64,000 bases of DNA from Eubacteriales bacterium (GTDB lineage: Bacteria; Bacillota; Clostridia; Oscillospirales; CAG-272): positions 11,111 to 75,110 of the forward strand of contig JAZSRX010000034.1 in NCBI GenBank assembly GCA_045538685.1. Reading direction: 5' to 3'. Under the pieces are notes generated by a model. It had not been told where the DNA came from and did not search any database. It worked only from the letters and a program-made list of their open reading frames with translations. The position numbers and the translations under genes were made by a program. Position 1 is the first letter of the stretch. Every line of letters begins with the position of its first letter. Positions 53,001 through 61,829 of the stretch are shown in pieces.

Positions 53001-53805
53001 AGAAGCCGAAAGTATATTAAAAAACGCAGGTGTGGGCTCGGCGTCATATGATGCCAGAGAGCTGTTCGTTCATTTTGGCGGTTTTAACAGAAGTCATATT
53101 TTTCTTCATAATCCGAACTGCGACCTGCCCGAGCTGATCTCTGCCGTAGAACGCAGAGCAAAACGAGAGCCATTGCAGTATATAATTGGTCAGGTGGACT
53201 TTTACAGAGAAACCTACACCGTTACAGAGGACACCCTTATTCCCAGAGAGGACACCGAGATTCTGGTTGACTATGCAGTGAAAAATCTGCCCCGGGGCGA
53301 GAGTTTTATGGACCTTTGCACAGGAAGCGGATGCGTGGCTATTTCGGTGCTGAAAAACACAAAAAACACCACAGCCATAGCTGTCGACATTGACGGCGGA
53401 GCACTTGCTGTTGCCGAGCAGAACGCACACAGAAATTGTGTTTCCGACAGGATTCATCTTCGCCGTATTGATCTGATGAAAGAAGCGGTTGACGAGAGGG
53501 TTTTTGCCGTTCTCTCTAATCCGCCCTACGTCAGCGAGGAGGCATATGCCGCACTTGAAAGCGAGATTTACCACGAGCCAAAGCACGCATTTGTCGGCGG
53601 ACGTGACGGCGGAGATTTTTACCGCGTTTTGACTCCCATTTATAAAGAAAAAATAGCCGAAAATGGCTTTATTGCCTACGAAATCGGCTATGACCAGGCG
53701 AATTTACTTCGCGAAATCGCAGAAAAGTGCGATATGACCTGCGAGATTTTAAAAGACCTGTCCGGCCACGACAGAGTGGCAGTGCTGAAACACAAAGCAA
53801 AGTAA
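52990..53805 (+). CDS. prmC: Peptide chain release factor N5-glutamine methyltransferase
   Basis: 271 aa; DLCTGSGCVA (SAM site) and LSNPPYV (NPPY). Confidence 0.9.
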   Translation: MTYKEAESILKNAGVGSASYDARELFVHFGGFNRSHIFLHNPNCDLPELISAVERRAKREPLQYIIGQVDFYRETYTVTEDTLIPREDTEILVDYAVKNLPRGESFMDLCTGSGCVAISVLKNTKNTTAIAVDIDGGALAVAEQNAHRNCVSDRIHLRRIDLMKEAVDERVFAVLSNPPYVSEEAYAALESEIYHEPKHAFVGGRDGGDFYRVLTPIYKEKIAENGFIAYEIGYDQANLLREIAEKCDMTCEILKDLSGHDRVAVLKHKAK

Positions 53806-53878
53806 CCCCTTGCCTTCCATACACAATTACGAAGCGACCTTATATGCCTACCCCGTTGGGAAAGGCAACACTAAACCG

Positions 53879-53927
53879 CTCTGCACTCTGAACTCCACAT
53901 TCTGCACTCTGAACTCTGCACTCTGCA
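53879..53927 (+). repeat. Heptamer array, 7 units, ending 26 nt before the ddl start
   Basis: CTCTGCA CTCTGAA CTCCACA TTCTGCA CTCTGAA CTCTGCA CTCTGCA. Confidence 0.85.
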
Positions 53928-53952
53928 TATACTGTCCTTGGAGGTATATGCT

Positions 53953-54948
53953 ATGAAAAACAGAGAGAGAGCCAATGTTGCACTGATTTACGGTGGGCGG
54001 GGACGAGAGAGTGAGGTTTCAATCAAGGGTATGAACCACATTCTGCCCCTGATAAATACCGATACATACCGTCTGCTTCCGGTCTTTATCGACAAGGAGG
54101 GCAGATGGCTGATTGAGGGAAAAGAGGTTTTCCCATACAAAAAGGGATTTTACTGCCCCGAAAACAAGGAATTTTTCGCCACAGATGCCGCATTTCCCCT
54201 GCTTCACGGGGATTTTGGCGAGGACGGAACAGTTCAGGGAGCACTTGAATGTGCAGATATTGCTTACGTGGGTTGCGACGTTTCAGCAAGTGCGGTCTGT
54301 CGTGACAAGGCATTTGTCAAGGTTATAGCCGAAAAATTGAACATTCCCACACTTAGATTTTTGCTTCTTCTACGCGAAGAGGGCATAGACTACGCGGTAA
54401 GACGTGCCGAGGGGGAGCTTTCTTATCCTCTTTTTGTAAAGCCCACAGGTCTCGGAAGCTCCTTTGGTGTGAGCGAGGCGAAGGACCGCACCCGGCTTAT
54501 TTCCGCATTGGAAAAGGCATTTTCGCTGTCGGCAAGAGTTATAATCGAGCCCTGCCTTACAAGCAAAAGAGAGCTTGAATGTGGATATTTTTCGACAAAA
54601 TGCAAAGAATTATTTACAAACCCAGGTGAAATTCTTCACAGCGGAATGTACGGCTATGAAGAAAAGTATGTTTTGGACAGTGTAGGACTTGCCATTCGGG
54701 CGGATATTGAACCGACGGTTTGCCAGGCGATAAGAGAATATTCAAGGCGGCTTGTCCGCACACTTGGCATTCGGGATATTTCAAGAATCGACTTCTTCCT
54801 TTCGGGCGAAAACCTTTACTTCAACGAGATAAACACCCTGCCCGGTTTTACAAGCGGCAGTCTTTATGCCAAGATGATTGAGGCATCGGGCATTCCCGAA
54901 AGGGAGCTTATCTGTCGGCTGATTGACAACGCACTTAGCAGAGGTTGA
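53953..54948 (+). CDS. ddl: D-alanine--D-alanine ligase
   Basis: ATG 53953 follows GGAGG. MKNRERANVALIYGGRGRESEVS...; ATP-grasp; C-terminal NEINTLPGFT. Confidence 0.9.
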   Translation: MKNRERANVALIYGGRGRESEVSIKGMNHILPLINTDTYRLLPVFIDKEGRWLIEGKEVFPYKKGFYCPENKEFFATDAAFPLLHGDFGEDGTVQGALECADIAYVGCDVSASAVCRDKAFVKVIAEKLNIPTLRFLLLLREEGIDYAVRRAEGELSYPLFVKPTGLGSSFGVSEAKDRTRLISALEKAFSLSARVIIEPCLTSKRELECGYFSTKCKELFTNPGEILHSGMYGYEEKYVLDSVGLAIRADIEPTVCQAIREYSRRLVRTLGIRDISRIDFFLSGENLYFNEINTLPGFTSGSLYAKMIEASGIPERELICRLIDNALSRG

Positions 54949-55628
54949 TTGGCATTTTTGACAGCGGTGTCGGGGGGATTTGTGCATACAGACAGGTAAG
55001 GCGAATGCTTCCCTACGAGGACATTATCTACCTTGCCGACCGAAAAAACGCACCCTACGGCACAAAAACCAAGAAAGAAATACTGAGTTTCACAAAAAAG
55101 AACATAGAAATACTGAAAAATTACGGTGCAAGTGAAATATTAATTGCCTGTTGCACCGCATCAACTCTTTATCCGCTTTTAAGCGAGGATGAACGGGCGA
55201 TAAGCACACCGATAATAACACCGACGGCGAAGCTGGTGGCAAAAACCGGCGGAAGAATTGCCGTTATCGCAACCGAGCACACAGTAAAATGCCGAGCATT
55301 CAGCAGTGAGATTGCAAAATTTTCTGATGCTTCGGTGGTGGAAATGGCAGAACAGGAGCTTGTTTCGCTTGTGGAGGGTGGCAACAGAGACGGTGCTGTA
55401 ACTCCCGAGGGCGAGGAATATCTTTCGCTGCTCAGAGAGAGGATTTACAAAACAAAAGCCCGCACTCTGATACTTGGATGCACCCATTTTTCCCATCTGG
55501 AAGGTGAGCTTTCGCATCTGCTTCCCGATATAAAGATAGTCAGCCCCGCAAGAGAAGGGGCAAAGGAAATTGTGAAAAAAATAATCCGCAACAACGAATG
55601 CGGAAAGGATATATATGTTTCACCGTAA
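54945..55628 (+). CDS. murI: Glutamate racemase
   Basis: The only possible start is the TTG that overlaps the ddl stop (TTGA). IGIFDSGVGG, IACCTAST and LGCTHFSHL (both catalytic Cys motifs). Confidence 0.85.
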   Translation: MIGIFDSGVGGICAYRQVRRMLPYEDIIYLADRKNAPYGTKTKKEILSFTKKNIEILKNYGASEILIACCTASTLYPLLSEDERAISTPIITPTAKLVAKTGGRIAVIATEHTVKCRAFSSEIAKFSDASVVEMAEQELVSLVEGGNRDGAVTPEGEEYLSLLRERIYKTKARTLILGCTHFSHLEGELSHLLPDIKIVSPAREGAKEIVKKIIRNNECGKDIYVSP

Positions 55629-55671
55629 AACCAAGGTGAACTTGCTTATGCAAGAAAAGGAGGACTATAAA

Positions 55672-56028
55672 ATGGCAAATTACAGACGAGGAAGAATAAA
55701 CGACGCAGTGGCTGAGGAGCTTGCAATTGCATTGAGAGAGGTTCGCGAGCCCAAGGTTATAGACAATTTTGTAAGCATTACACGTGCGGAAATCGCACCC
55801 GACCTTCGCAACGGAACTATTTATTTTTCTTGTATGGGTGACTCTAAGGAGGCACTTGAAGGACTTAAAAAGTGTACGGGAATGCTTCGTCATCACCTGG
55901 CGGTAACGCTTAATCTTCGTATCACACCCGAGCTTCGTTTCATAAAAGACGGCTCTATCGAACACGGTGCAAAAATCGCCAAATTCCTTGAGGAGATTAA
56001 CTCTAAAAAAGAGGAAAATAATTTTTGA
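55672..56028 (+). CDS. rbfA: Ribosome-binding factor A
   Basis: ATG 55672 follows AAGGAGGA; MANYRRGRINDAVAEELAIALRE. Confidence 0.85.
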   Translation: MANYRRGRINDAVAEELAIALREVREPKVIDNFVSITRAEIAPDLRNGTIYFSCMGDSKEALEGLKKCTGMLRHHLAVTLNLRITPELRFIKDGSIEHGAKIAKFLEEINSKKEENNF

Positions 56029-56339
56029 GTTCAGAGTTCAGAGTGCAAGTTTCTTTATTAAATCATTCGCACAAATCTGTCATCCCGAGCGGTAGAGACC
56101 CAGGGCGAAGACTAAGAGCTTTGTGCGAGGGATCTCCTTTTTCGAACCGTTTGCAAGTTCAGACGCTGACAAGGATAGTTTCCTTTCTAAATTCTCACTT
56201 GCCAAAGCCTAAAAGGAAAGAGGCTCCCACACGGAGATCCCTCGCTCTGCAATTTGTACCTTCGAATAACGTACCTACCGCTCGGGATGACAGATAAGAG
56301 CGAACAAGGAGTGAAGTTACAACTCTGAACTCTGCTCTC
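56025..56339 (+). mobile_element. MITE/REP-like nested-palindrome element, most complete copy (core 56077-56293; outer arms carry inverted heptamer arrays)
   Basis: 19-nt TIRs CTGTCATCCCGAGCGGTAG / CTACCGCTCGGGATGACAG; internal inverted GAGGGATCTCC / GGAGATCCCTC; left arm GAGTTCAGAGTTCAGAGTGCA versus right arm CTCTGAACTCTGCTCTCC. Confidence 0.85.
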
Positions 56340-56434
56340 CAACAGTTTCTCATAAAACACAACCACACCAATCTGTAATCCCAGGCGATACAGATTTACA
56401 AAATACCCGAGTTTTAAACAGGGAGGACACGAAA

Positions 56435-57313
56435 ATGAAAAAAATTACAAAAGCAATAATTCCGGCGGCGGGGCTTGGCACAAGAATGTTGCCTGTTTCT
56501 GCGGCAGTTTGCAAGGAAATGCTGCCCATAGTTGATCTGCCTGCAATCTGTCATCTTGTAGAAGAGGCGGCAAGCTGCGGCATCACCGACATTCTTATAA
56601 TAACCAATCGCGGCAAGGATATTATGGAGGACTTTTTCGACTTTTCTCCCGAATATGAGGCCGCACTTGCAGCAAAGGGCAACCTTTCGGAGATCGAAAG
56701 ACTTCGTGAGATTGCCGATATGGCAAACATCTATTTTTTAAGGCAGAAGGAGACTCTCGGCCTTGGCCACGCGGTTGGCAGAGCCAGAAGCTTTATCGGT
56801 GACGAGCCCTTTATCGTTATGTATGGCGACGATATAATCTTCTCGGATATTCCTGTTTGCGGTCAGCTTATGGAAGTGTACGAAAAGTACGGACGTCCTG
56901 TTGTTGGTGTTAAGCCGGTAAGCTGGGATTTGGTCAGAAAATACTGCTCGCTGAAGGTTGATGCCATACCCGGCGAGGACAGGGTTACATACTGCACCGA
57001 TATGATTGAAAAACCAAAGGCGGGACAGGAGTTTTCTAACCTTTCTATCCTTGGCAGAGTGCTTTTGACACCCGATGTTTTTGATATTATAGATAATCTT
57101 GAGCCGGGAGCAGGCGGTGAATATCAGCTTACCGATGCCATTAAGAAGATGGCTCGCGACGGCGGTGTTTATGCCCTTGAATTTGAGGGCGACAGATACG
57201 ATCTCGGCTCCAAGTTTGGCTTCCTCAAGGCGAATATTGTAAAGGGGCTTGAACACCCCGAAACAAAGGACGATCTGAGAGAGTTTATAAAGGAAATTGC
57301 GAAGAAAATATAG
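56435..57313 (+). CDS. galU: UTP--glucose-1-phosphate uridylyltransferase
   Basis: 292 aa; AIIPAAGLGTRMLP... Confidence 0.9.
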   Translation: MKKITKAIIPAAGLGTRMLPVSAAVCKEMLPIVDLPAICHLVEEAASCGITDILIITNRGKDIMEDFFDFSPEYEAALAAKGNLSEIERLREIADMANIYFLRQKETLGLGHAVGRARSFIGDEPFIVMYGDDIIFSDIPVCGQLMEVYEKYGRPVVGVKPVSWDLVRKYCSLKVDAIPGEDRVTYCTDMIEKPKAGQEFSNLSILGRVLLTPDVFDIIDNLEPGAGGEYQLTDAIKKMARDGGVYALEFEGDRYDLGSKFGFLKANIVKGLEHPETKDDLREFIKEIAKKI

Positions 57314-57318
57314 ATTAT

Positions 57319-57531
57319 TGAGTTCAGAGTTCAGGTGCAGAGTTCAGAGTGCAAAGTTAATAGCTGTGAATGTGCTTACTTAAAAGAATCGAATTTGCCG
57401 TAGACTTTCACGCGGAAATTATGCTCTATAATCCGTACTTCGAACAATGCACCTACCGCTCGGAACAACAAATCTGTGCGAACAAGGAGTGAGGTTGCAA
57501 CTCTGCACTCTGCACTCTGCATTCTGCACTC
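57319..57531 (+). mobile_element. Degenerate copy of the same element (both heptamer arms and the right TIR region retained, left core lost)
   Basis: 57323-57356 TTCAGAG-type units; 57440-57500 aligns with 56258-56322 (CTTCGAA.AA.G.ACCTACCGCTCGG...GCGAACAAGGAGTGA.GTT.CAACTCTG); 57501-57531 is CTCTGCA x4. Confidence 0.7.
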
Positions 57532-57545
57532 AAAAGAGGTTTATT

Positions 57546-57992
57546 ATGGAAATCAGACGGACTATACCTGACGACGTGTCGGCGATTGTCGAAATGGAAA
57601 ATAATATTTTTGGAATTCCCTTTACCGAGAGAGACGTTCTCTCCTGCGTATGCTCTGACACGGGAATGTGCTTTACCGCACTTGATGAGGGACGGCCCAT
57701 AGCATATATTCTTGGCAAAAAAATTCTGCCCGAAGCAGAGATTTACCGCATTGCCGTCAGGGAGGACAAGCGTCAAAGAGGCATTGGCTATCGCCTGCTT
57801 TCCTATGCCCTGAAAACCGAGGGAGGCAACGGTGTGGAGACGGTGTTTCTTGAAGTGCGTTCAAAAAACGCAGCCGCCAGAGCACTTTACAATGGCTATG
57901 GCTTTGAGGAAATCGGCATACGAAAAAATTACTATCAAAAGCCGAATGACGACGCAATTGTTATGATTAAGGACAACGGCTCTTCCGTATAA
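57546..57992 (+). CDS. rimI: Ribosomal-protein-alanine N-acetyltransferase (GNAT)
   Basis: ATG 57546 follows AAAGAGG (the ORF-track start at 57447 lies inside the repeat element). RQRGIGYRLL acetyl-CoA motif; sits upstream of tsaD. Confidence 0.75.
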   Translation: MEIRRTIPDDVSAIVEMENNIFGIPFTERDVLSCVCSDTGMCFTALDEGRPIAYILGKKILPEAEIYRIAVREDKRQRGIGYRLLSYALKTEGGNGVETVFLEVRSKNAAARALYNGYGFEEIGIRKNYYQKPNDDAIVMIKDNGSSV

Positions 57993-58045
57993 CCAAAACA
58001 TCTTCAATTCACAACGGTTTTGCCGAGGGACGAAGATCACCCTTA

Positions 58046-58168
58046 CCAAAATCTAAAAGGCAAGAGCCACCCACACGGAGATCCCTCGACGAGAGGTTTC
58101 GTCTTCGAACAATGTGCCTGTCGCTCGGGATGACAGATTGGGCTGAACTGATTGTCTGAAATTTTATA
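58046..58168 (+). repeat. 123-nt direct repeat, left copy (right half of the MITE-like element plus ~30 nt of flank)
   Basis: Identical to 58865-58987 except for 2 mismatches, by my count. Confidence 0.9.
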
Positions 58169-58214
58169 GCAATGTATCATTATTAAGAATTGATTGATGT
58201 TCAAGAGGTAGATT

Positions 58215-58496
58215 ATGTATTACGTATATATTTTGACAAATAAAAGCAACAAAGTAATGTACGTAGGTGTGACGAACGATCTTTCTCGAAGAATGTGGGA
58301 ACATAAAAGTAAGATTTTTGACGGCTTTACCAAGTATTATCAAGTACATAAACTTGTTTATTTCGAGGAATTTTTCGAAATAAATGATGCCATTGCACGA
58401 GAAAAACAGATTAAAGGATGGTCGAGAGAAAAGAAAAACAATCTTGTTAAGTCAAAAAATCCCGATTTCTCTGATTGGAGCGACTCCTTAATATAA
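58215..58496 (+). CDS. GIY-YIG nuclease-family protein (93 aa)
   Basis: MYYVYILTNKSNKVMYVGVTNDLSRRMWEHK...REKQIKGWSREKK. Confidence 0.85.
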   Translation: MYYVYILTNKSNKVMYVGVTNDLSRRMWEHKSKIFDGFTKYYQVHKLVYFEEFFEINDAIAREKQIKGWSREKKNNLVKSKNPDFSDWSDSLI

Positions 58497-58572
58497 ATTG
58501 CTTTTACTCTTGACGATTTGTATTTAGTAATCAGTACAATTCTTTCATACCAAAAAAATTGTTTGCTCTTAT

Positions 58573-58788
58573 CTGTCATCCCGAGCGGTAGAGGCCCGGG
58601 ACGGAGACTGAGAGCGTTGTGCGAGGGATCTCCTTTTTCGAACCTCACGCAAATTCAGACTCTGACAAAGATAGTTTCCTTTCTAAAATCACCTTTGCCG
58701 AAGACTAAAAGATAAAAGGCACCCACACGGAGATCCCTCGACGAGAGGTTTCGTCTTCGAGCAACGTGCCTATCGCTCGGGATGACAG
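58573..58788 (+). mobile_element. MITE/REP-like element core, full copy
   Basis: TIRs CTGTCATCCCGAGCGGTAG / CTATCGCTCGGGATGACAG; collinear with 56077-56293. Confidence 0.85.
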
Positions 58789-58864
58789 ATAAGAGCTAAC
58801 ATAAATAAAAAGCTTATTTCCAGAGAGAGCTGCCACCACGGGTGGCTGAGGTATTGCTTAGTTG

Positions 58865-58987
58865 CCAAAATCTAAAAGGCAAGAGCCACCCACACGGAGA
58901 TCCCTCGACGAGAGGTTTCGTCTTCGAACAATGTGGCTATCGCTCGGGATGACAGATTGGGCTGAACTGATTGTCTGAAATTTTATA
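58865..58987 (+). repeat. 123-nt direct repeat, right copy
   Basis: See 58046-58168. Confidence 0.9.
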
Positions 58988-59049
58988 AATAACATTTTAA
59001 TAACGCAAATTTATACTCTAAATTCTTGCACCTATTTTTTGGAGGAAAA

Positions 59050-60141
59050 ATGAATATTCTTGCTTTTGAAAGCTCTTGTGACGAGACAAGTGCGGCGGTT
59101 GTGGTCGCAGGTCGGGGCTTTAAGGTAAAATCAAATATAATCGCATCCCAGGTTGACACCCACCGACTTTACGGCGGAGTTGTGCCCGAGATAGCAAGTC
59201 GAGCACACACAGAGGCAATCTCTCGCATTACATACGAGGCACTTGAACAGGCGAATATGACCCTTAGTGACATAGATCTTGTTGCCGTTACCGCAAATCC
59301 CGGACTTATCGGTGCTTTGCTTGTGGGAGTTAATTTTGCAAAGGCATTGGCGGCGGCAAACAACATTCCTCTTGTGGCGGTTGACCACATAAAAGGACAT
59401 ATTGCCTCCTGCTACTTAGGCGGCAAGGGAAACGTGGCAAAGCCACCCTTTATCGCACTTGCGGCATCGGGCGGACACACCGCGATATACCGTGTTGAAA
59501 GCCACACCGAGCTTTACATAATCGGCACCACACGTGATGATGCCATCGGCGAGTCCTTTGACAAGATAGGAAGAATTATCGGTATTCCCTACCCTGCGGG
59601 ACGCGGATTTGATGCCCTTTCGAAAGAGGGCTTTATTAAGGCGACGGGCGACGAAGAAAACTTCTATTCAAAATACAAAAAGAGCCCCGCTTACAAGGAC
59701 AGAGAAATGGCTCTTCCCTCTCCTGCACTGAATGACGGAACGCTTGATTTCTCCTTCTCGGGACTGAAAACGGCGGCTATAAACCTGCTTCACCGATATG
59801 AGCAGACGGGACGTGAGTTTGACAGGTCGCTTTTCGCCGCAAGATACACCTTTGAGGCGGTTGAGGCAGTGGCAAAAAAGCTTTCGGCGGCACTTGACCG
59901 TTATCCGGGCCACGATCTTTGTATTGCAGGCGGAGTGGCGGCAAACTCTCATCTGAGACGTCGTGCTTTGGAGGTGGCGAAGGAGCACGGAGTTAATCTG
60001 TTTATTCCCACACCCGATCTTTGCGGTGACAACGCGGCTATGATCGGAGCCCAGGCATACTATGAATACAAGAAGGGCAATCTTGCAAGCTCATCGCTGA
60101 ATGCAAGTGCTCTTGACACAATAAAACAGGAAAAGGTATAA
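59050..60141 (+). CDS. tsaD: tRNA N6-adenosine threonylcarbamoyltransferase
   Basis: ATG 59050 follows GGAGGA; MNILAFESSCDETSAAVV...GVAANSHLR. Confidence 0.95.
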   Translation: MNILAFESSCDETSAAVVVAGRGFKVKSNIIASQVDTHRLYGGVVPEIASRAHTEAISRITYEALEQANMTLSDIDLVAVTANPGLIGALLVGVNFAKALAAANNIPLVAVDHIKGHIASCYLGGKGNVAKPPFIALAASGGHTAIYRVESHTELYIIGTTRDDAIGESFDKIGRIIGIPYPAGRGFDALSKEGFIKATGDEENFYSKYKKSPAYKDREMALPSPALNDGTLDFSFSGLKTAAINLLHRYEQTGREFDRSLFAARYTFEAVEAVAKKLSAALDRYPGHDLCIAGGVAANSHLRRRALEVAKEHGVNLFIPTPDLCGDNAAMIGAQAYYEYKKGNLASSSLNASALDTIKQEKV

Positions 60142-60145
60142 AAAT

Positions 60146-60853
60146 ATGGAAAGCATTGATAAAGTAAAAGGCACTTTTGAACTGAAAAACCGCGACAACA
60201 CAAAGCCCACCGTATCCGACGCGGTTATAAAAAGACTTCCCCGTTACCACAGATATCTTGGCGATCTGCTTGCAGACGGACGCCTTCGCATATCCTCGGC
60301 AGAGCTTTCCAAGATTATGAATGTTACCGCGTCCCAGATCAGACAGGATCTTAACTGCTTTGGCGGTTTCGGTCAGCAGGGCTACGGCTACAACATCAAA
60401 TATCTTTACGGCAAGATAAGCGAGCTTCTCGGTGTTACACAGGGCTACACCGCAGTTATTGCAGGTGCGGGAAATCTGGGTAAGGCACTTGCCTCTACAA
60501 GAATGTTTGCAAGACGCGGTGTAACAAAGCTTGCACTTTTCGACATTGACGAAAATATTGTGGACACCGAAATTTACGGCATAAAGGTTTATCACATAGA
60601 CGAGCTTTATGACTTCTGCCTTCGTGAGAAGGTTGACATCGGTGTTCTCACCGTTCCCAAGGATGCGGCATACAAGGTTGCAATGACTATGGCAAGAGCA
60701 GGTGTCAAGGGTATCTGGAACTTTGCAAACACCGAGCTTGAGCTTGACTGCGACTCGGTCAGAGTAGAAAATATCCATCTCGGCGACTCGCTTATGCGAC
60801 TTTGCTATGAGATTAAGACAAATCACGAGGTATCAGAAGATGCCGATGATTAA
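60146..60853 (+). CDS. rex: Redox-sensing transcriptional repressor Rex
   Basis: VIKRLPRYHRYL...TASQIRQDLNCFGGFGQQGYGYN...IAGAGNLGKAL. Confidence 0.9.
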   Translation: MESIDKVKGTFELKNRDNTKPTVSDAVIKRLPRYHRYLGDLLADGRLRISSAELSKIMNVTASQIRQDLNCFGGFGQQGYGYNIKYLYGKISELLGVTQGYTAVIAGAGNLGKALASTRMFARRGVTKLALFDIDENIVDTEIYGIKVYHIDELYDFCLREKVDIGVLTVPKDAAYKVAMTMARAGVKGIWNFANTELELDCDSVRVENIHLGDSLMRLCYEIKTNHEVSEDADD

Positions 60854-61829
60854 ATACAGAACAAACAGGATAAGGGTTATCGGAAACGGAGCATTCGCCG
60901 AGGCATCCAAAGAGGAGCTTCGTGCCCTGCTTGCACTTATCGAGCTTCAGGGCGAGATAGACGGGGTTGAGGAGCTTTCTGAGGCGGCGAAAATCTCTCC
61001 TGCAAGATGCAAGGCGGCTCTTGCCTTTTGGGAGGAGTCGGGTGTTATTTCGCTTGACGACGGAAATCCCGACATTATAGAGGAGTTTGAAGAACGGCTG
61101 ACGCAGGGTGAAATTGACGAAGTTCCTGCGACAAAGGTGGCAGAGAGCATCCGCGACGAAAGTCTCGCCTCTATGATTAATGAATGTGCTATGTTTATGA
61201 AGCAGCCCTGCCTTTCCAACACCGACATAAAGAACATAACCGCCCTTCATACCCAGTATTCATTAAGCCCCGATTATATCGCTACTCTGGCGGCAAATCT
61301 GGCAGGTCGCGGCGAGCTTACCACAAGACGTCTCTGCAACGAAGCAATCCGCCTTTCAAGCAAGGGCTGTGACAATTCAGAGGCACTTGATGCATACTTA
61401 AAGAATCTGGAAGAATCCAGCGGTGCTGAGTGGGAATTTCGCAGAATTCTGGGCATTTACGGCAGAAATCTGTCCACCAGCGAACGCAGATATTTCAAGA
61501 AATGGTCGGAGGAATTCGGCTACTCTGTGGGTGTGGTGAACGAGGCATACGATATTGCCGTTCTCAACACAAAGACCGGACGCGGCGACCTTCGCTATAT
61601 GGACAGTATTCTTACCTCCTGGCACGAGGCAGGATGCAGAACTGTTAATGAGTGTCTTGCCAAGGTAGAGGCAGACAAGCTGAAGCGTCAGGGCGAAAAA
61701 ACAAGCAAAGAACGCAAAAAGTCTGTTCCCGAAACACCAAGATACGGCAATTTTGACATCAACGAGGCATTCAACAATGCAATAGCACGAAGCTTTGGAG
61801 AGACCGACAAGGAAGGAGATGTGGACTAA
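60840..61829 (+). CDS. DnaD/DnaB_2-domain replication protein
   Basis: ATG 60840 (MPMIKYR). C-terminal LSTSERRYFKKWSEEFGYSVGVVNEAYDIAV...YMDSILTSWHEAGCRT. Overlaps rex by 14 nt. Confidence 0.7.
   Translation: MPMIKYRTNRIRVIGNGAFAEASKEELRALLALIELQGEIDGVEELSEAAKISPARCKAALAFWEESGVISLDDGNPDIIEEFEERLTQGEIDEVPATKVAESIRDESLASMINECAMFMKQPCLSNTDIKNITALHTQYSLSPDYIATLAANLAGRGELTTRRLCNEAIRLSSKGCDNSEALDAYLKNLEESSGAEWEFRRILGIYGRNLSTSERRYFKKWSEEFGYSVGVVNEAYDIAVLNTKTGRGDLRYMDSILTSWHEAGCRTVNECLAKVEADKLKRQGEKTSKERKKSVPETPRYGNFDINEAFNNAIARSFGETDKEGDVD

Noticed and set aside
56025-56297. 90-aa ORF (and the related 65-aa ORF at 58518..58715) sharing SVIPSGR.PGRRLRALCEGSPFSN
   Set aside because: Both lie entirely within MITE-like repeat copies. 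The shared peptide follows from nucleotide conservation of a palindromic element. The frames end at different points and there is no RBS, so I treat them as noncoding.
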